Of a stretch of 64,000 bases of DNA, positions 11,055 through 24,600 are shown piece by piece. The DNA lies in NCBI GenBank assembly GCA_001643675.2, contig LSRY02000001.1, positions 558,001-622,000 of the forward strand. The letters are read 5' to 3'. Below the pieces are notes generated by a model. That model saw only the letters and a list, made by a program, of their open reading frames with translations, was not told the origin of the DNA and did not search any database. The DNA is from Monocercomonoides exilis PA203. Its lineage: Eukaryota > Protista > Preaxostyla. The translations under genes were made by a program, and so were the position numbers. Numbering within the stretch: the first letter of the stretch is position 1; every line of letters starts with the position of its first letter.

Positions 11055-11752
11055 TTCAAATAAAGAATGAAGAAAAACTTGAAGCTGAATACAGAATTGT
11101 GCATGTTTTCGAAAACCAATTATCAATATTTGTAATTAAGCTAACAGAAGGAACTGCTTATATTACAAAGATTGAAATTAGTCGAGCCACAAGTAAAGAA
11201 AAAGAAAGAAATTAAAAAAGAAAAGTGTTTTTAAAATGATAGGAATAAATTATTCAAAGATTTGTTGTGTGTTTAGTTAATCTTTGAGAGAACTGTAAAT
11301 TTTTATGAAAAATTACAATTTTTTTTTTTTTTTCATTATAACGTTTACTTGTTATGACTCAATTTAGTTTTATTTTCATAGCTTATTTCAAAACATTTTT
11401 GATATGTTTTACAACAAACAGACAAGCGAAGCTTAAAAATTCCATTTCGCCTTCATAATAAAAAACAGGTGAAATTTCCAATAAACGAAAAAAAAATAAA
11501 CAATAGAATAGAAAAAGAACATAGCCATCTAATAAACGTGAAAATACAGAGAAAAACATATGAAGTGAAAAGATGATCGACAATGAAATTAAAATAGAGA
11601 ATTATAATATGCAATTCAAACATAATTTGTACAAAGACAACAAAAAAGAACAAAATTCATCGATATATATCCAAAAACTGATTATTAGCATAGTGTTTCC
11701 ATTCACCCATCACTAAGTACTCAAATTGAAGGCTTGACTTTTCAAGTCATTT

Positions 11753-14700
11753 TCACAGAATCAATCCCAAAAATGACATTCCTCTGGCAAAGGGATGAAT
11801 GATGTACCGACTGATGAAATAGATAGCTGTTGCAGTGAAGATGGAGATAGGCAGTGCTGGAAGAGAGTTCCTCCACAACGCAAGAAGAACCACAGTCATT
11901 GATAGCCCCTGTATTTGTGTGAGTGTGAGTCAATTAATATGAACATACAAAATTTGTAAAATGCATCGATTATAAAAGTGATAAAATGCAAATAAATAAA
12001 CAAATAAAATATTGTTTTAGGAGATTATTATGAATGCAATAAAGAAATAGCACAATAATTTGAGTGCATACAAATAGAATTGAGAAGAAGCAAGCAAAAG
12101 TTGTTGTCCAATCTGTTAAGATTGCCCGTGACATCAAAAGAGAATAAAAGATAAAGTCGCCAAGACCCAGCCCAAGATATCCATCTGAATTGCATCCGCA
12201 TCACACAAAATGATTTGGTTATTTTGGGAAAATCAAAAATCAAAAATCAAAAAATATTGAATAAAACGAAAAAAGAAAAAAGAAAAAAGAAAAAAGAAAA
12301 GAAAAGAAAAGAATATAAGAGAATTTGTCAGATTAAAAAAACAATAACAAAAAAAAGAAAAGAATACAAAAATAAAATAAATAAATAAATAAACAGAAGA
12401 AATAACACACCAACAGATACTTCAACCTCGTCTTCAGCCAATGGCTTCTCTTTCTTCGAACTCTCCTTCTTCTTATTCTTTTGCTTTCCATTTGGATCAG
12501 AAGAATCAGAACCCGAACTCGATGCTCCGTCTTGTGGTGAGTACGAATCCACAGGAAAAGTGGTGATTGAACTGGGCAAAGGTGACGTGGCCTGCTCTTC
12601 CCCCTTTTCATACTCATCAGCAACATTCACAGAAGACACAGCTGAACTCACAAGCGAGCGCGAATCTTCTGAAATGTGCGAGTTCGAATCAGCTGATTGA
12701 GCATCAGACGCCAACGGAGCCTTCCTCATTCTTGCTTCGCCTTCTGCTTCATCGCCTTCTGCTCCACTTTCCAAACGTTTTTCTTTTTCTTTTCTTTTCT
12801 TTTCTTTTTTGGCTTCTTTCTTCTGTTGCTTCATCTTTTCTGCTTTTTCCTCTTTTTCTCTCTGCTTGAGCTTTTTGCATTCTCTTTTCTTTCTTCTCAA
12901 TTGATGTGCTTCTTCATCGTCATCGTCCACTTCTTCCTCTTCTTCATCTTCTTCCTTCTCATCCTCTTCTCCCTCCATCAGTTCTTCTTCATTTTCTTCT
13001 TCTCCTTCATCTTCTGTTCTTTTTGAGCCTCTTTCCATTTCTCCTGATTCTTTTATCAGGGCATTGCCATCATTTCCTGAAGACAATATGCTATGTGATG
13101 TGATGTTTGAATTTGTATTTAACCTTTCCTTGTCCATCTCCCTCTCTGCTCTCACATTTCCTTCTTCGTTTCCTTCTCCTTCTCCATCCCCTTTTCTTTC
13201 AGTTTTTCTCCCTCTCCTCTTTCCATTTTCATTCACTTCTCCATCATTCACCCTTTCAATATCATCATCCTCTCCAGTTCCATCAACGCCCCTCCTGTTC
13301 GACGCATCCGTCTTCACAATGACCCTTCCTTCGCCTCGAATATCTTCCATCCTTCCTTTCCCCATCTGTGCTGAGTAAATCAGACCAGGAATGGGCTCAT
13401 TCCGTTCGTCTGCAATCTCAATCAGCTTGTTCAACGCACAGCACGGACACAACACAGCAAAGAGATCATAGCCTAAAAAAAAATATAAAGTGGAAAATAA
13501 ATGAAAGAAAATTCATAAAGTTCATTAAAAAAAGGTTAGTGCAGTCATTGAAAAATGATAAAAAAATGCACTCAAATGAAAAGATCTAATTGCAGATGAG
13601 TCAATGACTCAATAAGCAATAAATAAAATAATAATACAGGAAATATAACTTATCTTTTCTTATCTTTTCTTTCTTTTTCTTCTGCATACATGCAACCAGC
13701 ACAAGAAGAATCCAGGTTGTCCATTCAGGCAGGTTCGTAAGCATCCACGCCATGAATATGGAAATCAATATGAGCACTATTTGCTGGAGGATTAGAGGAG
13801 ATGTGATGTAAATTGCTATGACGCCACCCACCGCGAAATTTAAACAGAAGAACACAAAAGTGAACCAGTCAATGTGAACATTGTATCTGACAAGAAGATT
13901 ACTAATAAAATGGTAACATTGCAAAGGGAATATTAATTTCCATTCACAAAAAAATAAAATAAAATAAAATAAAATAAAATAAAATAAAATAAAATAAAAT
14001 AAAATAAAATAAAATAAAATAAAATAAAATAAAATAAAATAAAATAAAATAAAATAAAATAAAATAAAATAAAATAAAATAAAATAAAATAAAACGAATC
14101 AAAGGAAATGTTTTCAAGATATGAAGAAAACACATATTCCATACTATAGAACAGTCCCTCCAAATACTCCTAGGAGTACAACAGTGGCAACAATAAGCCA
14201 CCCGTAAATGATTTTTGTGCACCCCTTCATATAGCAGCATAATATAACAAATGTTATGATAACGATCAAGACTACAAAAACTGCAGCAATGATAATAGAT
14301 ATTATCACCACCTTTGATGAATTTTCATCATCAGGATTTGCAGGAGGTTCTCCAGTAGCTTTTGGTCCAAAGGGAATACAAAATCCATCAGGTCTTAAAC
14401 AGTGAACCGCCAATTAAATGTTAAAGAAAATTTCAATAAAAAAGCACACGGCGCAGAACTTGGAGTCATGAATAGTGAAAGGTAAGAATCTCCACCTGTT
14501 CCAATTGATAAAATTACAAATATCACTCCAATGATGGTAATGGCTTGTTGAATGAGATTAATTTACGAATTTTGAAGAATTATATGAAAAAAATGAACAA
14601 GGCAATTATTTGCAAAGATTTCACAAAAATTTTATAACAAACTCACAGGTACAATGATAGAAGAAAGAGCACCAGCATGAATTTCAACATCTGCTTCCGT

Positions 14701-14874
14701 ATCAAAATGCCTTCTTCTAATTCTCTTCTTCTTTTTAGCAGGTTGTTCTTGAGTGTTTTTATCTGTATCAATTGACTTTCTGGCAGAATCAATTGGTGGT
14801 GTTTGCACATCTTCTAACAGTCTTGCTGTTCCTTCATCCACTTTTGATGAAGTCTCATTTTCTGATGCACTCAT
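11753..14874 (-). CDS. PSEN: Presenilin (gamma-secretase catalytic subunit, GxGD aspartyl protease), multi-exon
   Basis: Exons encode IIVPVS, TM2-3 ...KIIYGWLI..., LPEWTTWILL, YDLFAVLCP (first catalytic Asp, ~13465), GLGDFIFYS (12156-12167) and the PALP motif (11852-11860). Stop TGA at 11753-11755. GT-AG introns separate the segments. Confidence 0.95.
13951..14094. repeat. (AAAAT)n microsatellite, ~28 units, inside a presenilin intron
   Basis: Perfect pentamer array read directly. Confidence 0.95.
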
Positions 14875-15050
14875 TCACAAAAATAAAAGATATCCCAAAT
14901 TATTGGATTATTAAAATCGTATGAATGAAGGATATAAATATTAATATACGATTTTTGATCAATTATTTAAAAAAAGGCTTATAAAAATTCTTACGGTTTT
15001 AATCTTTTAATCTTTAAAAGTGAAGTGTGTTTAATCAAGTTATTTACAAA

Positions 15051-17592
15051 CTATTTTCCCGCAAATGGATTTTGAGCAGAAAAAAGGTTTGCATTTGAAG
15101 TTTGAAATGGATTGCTTCCTGAAATGGCGGTTAGAAGGCTCGATTGTGTATTATTCTTTTTCTTCTTCGCTTTTGTGCTTGTCCCCGTCGCTGCCTGCTG
15201 TGCAGAAGCAGCAAAAATTGGGACTTGCGTTTGCTGCCCGAAGACTGGCTGTGTACCAAAAGGAGATGAATTCGCACCAAACACATTAGCAGTCGCAGGA
15301 GGCTGGCTCGGAAACAGAGTGGAAGTAGGCGCAGAAGAAGGGAAAACGGATGAAGTGGTTGAAAAAGGGTTTGCCTGCTGCTGGCCCTGTGGTTGTGCAG
15401 GGAACAAGCTCGATGTAGCTCCCACATTCGCAGCACTTGCACCAAACGGCTGGGCAGCGCCAGGCAAAGTGCCAGGCGCAGCAGAAGCCATTGGCTGTGC
15501 TGCTCCAAAAATCGACTGGGCAGAAGGCTGCTGTGCACTTTGAGGCGTCGACTGCGTCGGCCTCAACGCAGCAGAAAACAAAGAGGACGCGACAGCTGCG
15601 CCTGGCTGAGCAGCACCCGGCTGCTGCTGTGTCAGTGTTGGAAAGAGTGGCTGAGCCCCAGCTGTTCCTGGTGCACCCACAGATGTCTGCCCAAATATAG
15701 ACGAAACAGCCTGGGGCTGTCCAATATGTGCTGGTTGTGCTGTTTGAGGAGCCTGTGCTCCAAACACAGATGGCTGTTGGATGCTAAATGGGTTTGACAG
15801 CGATGCCTGTTGTTGTTGTTGTGGATTCTGCTGTGGATTCTGCTGAATGTTGAAGATATTCTGGGAAGCAGGCTGAGCAGAAGGCTGAGTGGCGTTCGCA
15901 CCAAAAATCGATGCTGCTGCTGCTGGCTGTGCCTGCTGAGCACGTTGCTGTTGCTGTAATTGTTGTTGTTGTTGTATTTGCTGCTGCGGGAAAGCAGTGG
16001 CAGCAAAAATTGAAGAAGCAGGCTGTTGAGTAGGTTGAATAGTACCAGCAGCACCAACACCAGCAGCAGTATTAGCATTAGGCATAGCAGCATTTGTCTG
16101 TCCAAAAGGTGTCTGTGTATTTTGTTGATTGCCCATTCCAAAAGGCGAAGGCGCTGCAGCAGCTGAAGCAGAAGCAACAACAGCTGCCTGTCCCTGTGGT
16201 GCAACAGACGTCTGTCCAAAGATAGAGGCAGTTGTAGCATTGGCCTTCGGATTAGGCTGAGGAGCAAACCGTGCTGGTGCTCCAAACACTGATTGTTGAG
16301 GCTGTTGAGGCTGCTGCTGCTGTTGTTGTTGAGGGTTAGCTTGACTCAAAGCAGAAGAGAAGATGTTGTTCTGAGGAGCAGTCGCTGCTGGCTTTGGTTG
16401 TGTAGATGCACCCTGTGCAAACACATTGTTTGCAGCAGAAGCAGCACCAATTGCACCAACAGCAGGTGTTTGTTTGGGAGCAGCAAGAGCAGAGGCAGTT
16501 GAAGTAGTTGGAGCAGCAGAAGTGCCAAACGGGTTCTGAGTGGACATTTGGAAGGGATTTGGGGCTGCATTAGGAGGAAGAGGAGCAGCAGCAGTAGTAG
16601 CAGCAGATCCAGTTGAAGGCAAGGCGGCTGTTTGAGGTGCACTGGGAAAAGGAGAAGAGGAAGCTGATTGTGCTGAAGCAGATGCAGTTGATGCTGGAAC
16701 TAATGCAGATGAAGATGAAGTTGCAGAATTTGACGAAGGAGCTACAGAAGTCTGGCCGAAGATGTTAGCGGTGCTGCTGATTGGATGCTGTGCTTGTGGA
16801 AGCTGAGGCCTAGAAGAAGGAGCTTGTTGTGCTTGATTCGCATTTGGTTGATTGCCAGATGCATTTTGAGGGAAAGGCAGTGAAGTTGCAGTTGGCTGTG
16901 CGGAAGTGGCTGGCTGTGCTGAGAAAATAGAAGAAGTTGCAGAAGCAGAAGCAGAAACAGAAACAGAAGAAGAAGCAGATTGGCTGCTGCTGGCAAATGG
17001 GTTAGTATTTGTGGCATTTTGTGCTGTTTGGTTGCTTTGTTTAGGAGCTGCTGCTGAAGATGCAGTTGATGATGGTGGTGGTGTAGTAGTAGTAGTTGTT
17101 GTTGTTGAGGAAGGAGAAGGAGAAGCAAATGGATTTGACAAAGTTGGAGTTGTGGAAGAAGAAGAAGAAGAATTAGTAGAAGACGCATTTGCAGAGAACA
17201 AGGAACCTGCTGAAAGAGCAAACGGATTGTCACTTTTCTCTTTTGTTTGTGTATCTTTCAGTGCTGTTTGTGGAGAAGCAGAAGCAGCAGCTGTTGTTGT
17301 AAAAGGCGAAGAAGAAGAAGAAGAAGCTGGTTTTTCAGTCTGTTTTGAAGCAGTTAGAGAAGATTGAGTGTTTGTCTGTGAAGTTGCTTCGGCTACTTTT
17401 GGAGATTGAGAAGCAAATGGTGATGATGTTGTTCCAAATACATTTGTTGTTGATGAAGATGATGAAGCTCCAAAAGGAGAAGATATAGAGCCAAAAGGAG
17501 AGGAAGAAGATGATGATGGTGGTGGTGGTGGTGGAGCACCAAAGGGGGAAGAAGAAAAAGAAGAAGAAGAAGAAGAAGAAGAAGAAGAAGAA

Positions 17593-17637
<45 letters not shown>

Positions 17638-19607
17638 GGTTGTGCAAAGCTAATTGTTGTTGTGCTTTGCTGAAACGGATTAGCTGTCTTTTCTTCCGTT
17701 TTGACTGCAGTTTTCGCTTCATTTCCATTCTGATTAGCATTTTCCTGCTGTTTGTTCAGCTCAAAAGGCGCAGATGGCTTTATAAGTGGCTTGTTCTTTT
17801 CAGTTTTTTCATTCTGCTTTGAAGTATCAAACACATTGCTTGTACTCTTTTCATTTTCTTTTTGTTTATTTGAATCAGTCGAAGTCAAAGCAAATGGATT
17901 GGATGGTGTTGGAGTTGCTGTGACTGAAGAAGAAGAAGAAGAAGAAGGCAAACCGCCCAACGAGAACGAAACACCCTGAGCACTCTGCAATTTCCCGTTC
18001 TCTTTCATCTTTTGTGGCTCGTCTGCCTCTTCCTTCTTCTTAATCAGCAGCGGCATCTGCCCCTTCGCTGCCATCTGTCTGATCGACGACGGCGGCTCAA
18101 AGGCAGCCAGCGGGTTCTGCATTGGATGGCGGAAGGAAGACGCAGCAGAAGAAGCAGAGGGCTTCGGAGAGAAGACGTTTGTGCTGTTAAAGCCGTGTGA
18201 GCTGTGTGAAGGGAGAGGGGTGAAGGGAGAGGCAGCGCTGACAGGACGGAGCACAGGCATTGCAGGAGATTGGAAGGAGGAAGGTGTGGAGGACGCAGGG
18301 GGAGCACCACTTGTGGAAGAGGCAGGACGAGAAGAGGAAGTGGAGGAGGATGAAGATGATGATGATGATGATGAAGACAGAGGAAGTGGTGTCATCACAG
18401 GGCGAACAGCTTGGCGTTCTGTAGAGCCCACCATTCGTGTTGACTTGGGTGTTGCAGACGGCGGCGGAAGCTGCAGAGAAGAGCGAGATGTGTTGCGGGA
18501 GTGGATCCGCTGTGAGGTCAGCTGCTGCCTCTGCTGCTGCTGTTGGTGGTGGTGTGTGTGCTTTTGAGACTGAGACAGAGATTGTGAATGAGATTGAGAT
18601 TGTGATTGTGATTGTGTTGGTGTCTGCACCTGGATTTTCCTGGACTCTCTTTCTCTGCTCCCGTCACGAAGAGCATACTGTCTTTCTGATGAGCTGTCTC
18701 TTTCGCTGGCATTTCTGTTCCTGTACAGGCTGTCACGTGGGGTAGTGGCTGAAGAGATAACAGGAGAAGAAGAAGAAGCAGAAGCAGAAGCTGTTGATGA
18801 AGATGAAGATGAAGGCACAGCATTCATAGCATTCGCCATGCGCGACCTCGGAGGAAGCGACGGGACAGCATAGACAGTGCTCTCGTCGACATCGTCTGCC
18901 ACAACCTCGTCTTCCAGCGGATAGCTGCTGGGTACTGGCCGGCAAGCAGCAGAGGACGTGCTCTTGTTTGATGCCTGGCCTTGCGGCTGCTTCAGGTTGG
19001 GAAACCCAAAGCTGCCTTTCATCGGAGTCTGCGGATGCTCTCCACGCCGCAGGCTTTCAGAGCGGGCAGACGGAGTGCGCGCAGAGAAAGGCGAAGCGCT
19101 GGCGGTGTCGGCTGAGCGCGGCGTGGCTCTGGACTGGTGGCGGCTGTCAGATGTGTCGCGAGACATTGAAGTGAAGGGCGATGCTCGCGAGGCTTTTGAC
19201 ACAGGCGTCAGCTGCGCATCGCGGCGCTTGCTGCTTGTGCCGGAAGAGGCCACAGCAGACGAGTAAGTGTCTGACGAAGCAGATGAGTGGCGCGAGGAAT
19301 ATGCAGACGAAGATATCGAGCCTCTTCCTCTTCTGGAGAAGTTGCCTCTTCCGGAAGGTGTCTGAGATCTGGCTACTTGCTGTGATGATCCCAGCGAAGG
19401 GTTGTTGGATGAATAAGACATGTGCGAACCTGAGCAAGGTCTTTCGCTCTTATCCACAATTGTAGTTGCTTCACATTCGCTGTTAAGCGATCCTTCGTCA
19501 ATCAATCCAAATGATCTCACAATTTTTTTTCGATCGTGTTTATGATCAGGTTTAGCATTCTTTTGGTTAGCCTTTATATTTTTCATGTGTCTCGATGCTT
19601 TCCCCAT
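15051..19607 (-). CDS. Large intrinsically disordered S/Q/A/P-rich protein with FG and NPF repeats; FG-nucleoporin-like
   Basis: The open frame spans 15051-19928, with the first in-frame ATG at 19607 (an upstream exon is possible). About 20 FG motifs (SPFG, SIFG, xVFG; IFGQTSV x3), about 11 NPF motifs, poly-S and poly-Q tracts, and a basic KAKKKK patch near the C-terminus. Confidence 0.7.
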
Positions 19608-20462
19608 TGATATGCTTTCTCTTTCGTAAGTGTCAAGCGAATTGGCGCTTATTTTTGTTTTGCCTGTTTGGTCGTTCTTCAACAAGATTGATGAGTTGAC
19701 TCCACTTGCCTTAAAAAAAGGAGACCACCCATCTCCTTCTTTATAAATGCTTTGTTTGTGACTTTGTTTTAAATCAGAACTATTGGACTTTTGAACTGTT
19801 TTATGAAAGGGATTCGATACAATGATATTTGATTCTTTCGTTTTATTTTTTATCGTATTGAAAGATGAAAATTGCAATTGCGCTTTTACAAAATCTAGGA
19901 GGAATTGTTGATATATAAAGAATAGCAAAAAGATATTTTAATTTTTCAATGAAATTTAAAAATAAATGTTTTCAAACCGTTATTTGAAATTGAATCCATA
20001 TCATTTTCATTTTTCTGATGTAACAGATTTAATGAGTTGTAGAATCTAGTATTAAATGGATCAAAATTTCTATTAATTTTTAAAAGAAATAAAGATTTCA
20101 ATTAAAAAGCAACAGTAAATTTTTAAGATATGTCGCTTTATTAAAATGCAGCATACAGTTGTTCTTGCTTTTTTATATGTGAAATAATTAACCATAGCAA
20201 TAACGCACCAAAAATAAAACCTAAGAAAAAAACTAAAACAATAATCATTTTATATATGATGGGGTACATATGATCACGATTATTCAATAGCAATTGAAAT
20301 TAAACACTAGCTAATAAGGAGTAAATAAATTAAAGAGAAGAAACAGATTTAAAACAAGCGAAACATATATCTAGTTCATAAGGAGTTTTTTGAGCAATTC
20401 ATTTCAAAAAGAAAATAACAAAGAAAAATTGTGTTGTTTTTCAAAAAAATATTTTTTCAAAA

Positions 20463-20827
20463 TACAGTTTGTGCAAAAAATACCGGATAAGATCGATTTC
20501 ACAATTACTGCAAGAGGAATAATTCTGACAATTCTCCTCAAAATACATCTCATCAATGCAGACTCATTTGATAAACGAGACTTTCAAAATAGCTTCATTT
20601 GTGCTCGGAAAAAAATTATAATGAAAAACTCGTAGAAAATAGAATTTTGAGTTTTTCTTTAATTTTCATTATAATTTTTTTCCGAGCACAAATGAAGCTA
20701 TTTTGAAAGTCTCGTTTATCAAATGAGTCTGCATTGATGAGATGTATTTTGAGGAGAATTGTCAGAATTATTCCTCTTGCAGTAATTGTGAAATCGATCT
20801 TATCCGGTATTTTTTGCGCAAACTGTA
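20463..20827. mobile_element. Foldback (palindromic) MITE-like element with TA|CAG...CTG|TA ends (Tc1/mariner-pogo type)
   Basis: 165-bp arms at 20463-20627 and 20663-20827 are reverse complements with a single mismatch, around a 35-bp spacer. The outer ends read TA-CAGTTTG ... CAAACTG-TA. Confidence 0.8.
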
Positions 20828-21487
20828 ATACGATTAAAAAAAAGTTTTTGCAATGCGTTATTCTTTTAAAGATGTTCCGTGTTTTATCAATTCTTATTTG
20901 AGGCAATATTTTTCATCCATTTATACACCAAAAATAATTCAAAATCGAAAAAGAAGTTAATTCGTTCAGAATTTCATTTCAAGTCAAAACCTAGAAATTT
21001 AATTTTCACAAATGTTGATAATTGCAAATGTTAATTTATTGGAAATGTTTTTCTTTCGTTTTAAACAACTGTATTCAATGATAACGAATGATATTCATTG
21101 ATCCTTTTCTCCTTTTAAAAGATTGAAAGTGTTTTTTTTAGATTCAAATGCAATTTATGAAATCAAAAACAATTCGTTTCAAATAGACAAGATTGATTTC
21201 TGTCTTTTTGTGCATTTAACAAGAATCAGAACTATCCTATCTTTTTTATTTTTTGAGAAAATTTTTCATAATCTCCTGAGCACATATGAAGAGTTTTATT
21301 ATAATACAATATTATTCCATTCACTCTGTTACACACAATCAAATACCAAAAAAACATCAAAAAAATTTTTTTTCTGATTGAAGTTGACAAATTCCTCAGA
21401 TCATTCACTGAAAGAAAAGAAACCAACGTAAACATTAAAAAAAAATTTATATTTTCGAATTTTTTGATTACAAAGAATTTAGATGCA

Positions 21488-21571
21488 GAATTAAATTTTT
21501 TCGGTTTCGAATTATACTTTTCCGATTTCGAATTAAACTTTTTCGATTTCGAATTAAAGTTTTTCGACGTC
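21488..21571. repeat. 21-bp tandem repeat x4 (consensus GAATTAAACTTTTTCGATTTC)
   Basis: Four degenerate units ending ~125 bp upstream of the ATG at 21697. Confidence 0.8.
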
Positions 21572-21696
21572 GAATAATTTATGGTGTATTTTCTGATACA
21601 ATAAAACTGATATTTTTGATTTATTGTTTCCTGAAAAATCTCATATTTCATCCCATTCTTAAAACTTTCAAATTGATCATCTTCATATAATTTCTA

Positions 21697-24600
21697 ATGA
21701 AAACCAAATCAAAAAAGCAACCTATCAAATTAATGAATATTCTCAAATTGTGTTTCTTTATATTAGCATCACACAATTCAGCTTTCCATAATTTGTTGAC
21801 ATTTAAAAATTCTGACAATCAATTTAAAGATATCAAAAGAGAAAATAAGGAATTCACAAAACTTCAAAATAGTCAACATGAAATGAGAGATTTCATATAT
21901 GAATATATACTCAAAAATAAAAAAATCATAAACGTTTGCGAAAGTGAAGTAGAATCACACTTCACAATATTTAATGCTTCAGTAACTGAAGAGAGCATTC
22001 TTTTTATTAATAGCAATACATTTCAAACACAATTTTTAATCCATGATTCATCATTTTTTCAATTGATAAGTTGTCGCCATACATCTGTTTCTTCTGCTTT
22101 CCTTGTGCAGTGTTTATCGGAAAGCACAATTGAATTTATCAACTTTTCAATTATCTCTTTTCCATTTTTCGAAAATTCACAAAGATTAATTCTCAGTTTT
22201 TCGTCATATACTCAAATCTCAATTGAAGAATCTTCGTTCTACAATTGGAGAACTCCTTTTAATTCAAATTTAATGTGGAGCGGGAATGCTCAAAGCATCT
22301 TTGTGGATAAATGCAAGTTCCATAACGTATCACAATCGGTGACTCGTAACACATGCTCAAATGAAAAATCATTTACGAAAAGCAGCGCGCTCTCAAACAG
22401 CGTTGTTACACGTTCTGTGAATGCTCTTGAAAGTGTAATTGTGTGTGGAACACAAAACTCAAATGCTTTCATTTGCTTTAATTCTTCTTTTATTCTCGGT
22501 GAAAGGATTGACAATTCATTAATATCACAAAATAGAAATGAATCATCCTCATCGTTGAATTTCAGCAATTGTGAATGGATTGGATGCTCTGCAGAAAGCG
22601 GAGGAGCGCTTTTTGTTCATGATAATACTACTGCAGTTCTTGAAATTATCAATTCTTCATTCGAAAGATGCAACGCAACAGGCAAGCGAGGTGGAGCAAT
22701 ATATGCTCTCAGCATTGCTGAGTGTCTTGTATTTGATTCAGTTTTTCTGGGATGTAGTTGCGAATCATCATCAAATTATGGAGGGGCTGGAATAGAATGC
22801 GACAACTTAAATATTCAGCCATTTATTCAGAATTGTTGCTTTCAAGAAGGATGGTCAGGGAATGATGGGGGTGCAGTCTTTATCTTCAATTCCAAAACAA
22901 AAACAAAGGATTGCATCGTTGATTGTGCGTTCATAAATAACAGTTGCCATAATACTAACGATGGAGATGGCGGAGGAGTTTGCATTTGGAATAATACTGG
23001 TAAAGTTGAGCTTCGCAACTGCCTCTTCAAAAATTGTTATTCAGAAGGATGTGGAGGAGGGATTACAATTCAAATAATAAAAGAAAATAATGGAACCCTT
23101 TTGTATTTCTGCTTTTTTCAAAATAACAAAGCTGAAAAGTTTGGACATGACATCTGCTTTCAAAGTTCAATGAATAATCACATTGATAGCTCGTGCAAAA
23201 CAACAAGAAACACAATAAATAGAGTTGCTTGCCGTTCTGATGGTCAAGACTTAAGCAATTATCTTTCCTGCGAATATGATTCAATCAGATATGTTGCATC
23301 TTCGATTGTGCAATCAAATGCAAAAGATTCTTTCAGCTGTGGATTTTTCGAAGCATATCCCTGTGAATCAATCAGTTTTTGTGTCTCACGGCTTATTCCT
23401 GGAGTTGTTGTGAATATCAATATGATGGAAGGTACAATCTCTGAGACACATCCCATTAAAATCCTTAACAATCAATACATTTTAAGTGGGCCAACTGAAA
23501 GCGGAGCAGAAATACAAACCATGTTCGCTGAATCAGACGTGTCTCTTTTCAGTGTGTCAACCGGATCGCTTGATGTTAATCATATAAGAGTTATTCATGA
23601 CTCTTCAATAAATAACAATAGAGAATCGCGAATATGCTGCATTTCCAGTTCAGGTGCAATCAATCTGAAAAACACAAATATATCAACTGATAATTCACAT
23701 TCTTCTGACACATCTTTCAAAACTGAAATGATAAGAATCGTTGCTGGATCATTAACAATGGAAAATGTTGGATGGACTCGTTTTTTTTCATCAACGTCTT
23801 TCATATATTTGTCACAGACAGAAATTTTGTCGATTTCATTGCTTGAAACAACATTTGAAAATATTATTCGAACCTCTCAAGGTGCTGCACTTATCGATTC
23901 TTCAACTACAACCGCAAACATTGCTCTTAAAAAATGTTTCATTGACGGATGCGGAAGTCAATCTTCTGTTGATGGCGGTGCCATGCGCATTTCTTTGAAT
24001 AGCCCATGTCACCTAAAAATTGAAGAAGGAACAATTCAGAACTGCTATGCATCATCATCAGTTGGAAGAGGTGGTGGCGTTTTCCTAAAATTGTGCAATT
24101 TTCAAGTTGAATTTTCTGTTTTCTCATTGTTCAACAATAATGTTGCAAAATGGGGATACGATTTGTTCGTTCAATCTCCAGATCTTCAAGCCACTTCCAC
24201 AAGCGGCCAAATATTGTTGAAAATACCTTGGAACAGCACTTTCAGCACAATCAGAGGATTTGATAATGAAGCAACATCTGTGCCTATTCCATTGTGTGTG
24301 TATCTTCTTGATCAACCACAAAATATTACTGTGGCAAAGAATGATGCATTGAATCATCCTCTTTGCGGTTTCGAACAGTTTCCATGTTCGTCTTTGAATT
24401 ATGCACTAACTCGTCAATCTGGAGACAAGTATGTTGTTTTCAATGATATGGTTACTCTTTCCGAAAATGTTAGAATCGAACAAAATGAACATATAATTCA
24501 AGGTGCATGTGAATCTTGCGGACTTGATATAGCAGACGAAATGAATGAAAATTCTAACTCATTGATCAGCATCTCGTCGATCACACACCTAACAACCTTG

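Noticed and set aside
13933-14240. ORFs with (FYFIL)n repeats, and similar ORFs at 53385-53696 and 63426-63684
   Set aside because: They are translations of intronic or intergenic microsatellites.
20390-20906. Two short ORFs with identical peptide sequence on opposite strands
   Set aside because: This is a by-product of the inverted repeat, not a pair of genes.
21488-21571. Possible CRISPR-like array
   Set aside because: The units are contiguous with no unique spacers, the context is eukaryotic, and there are no cas genes.
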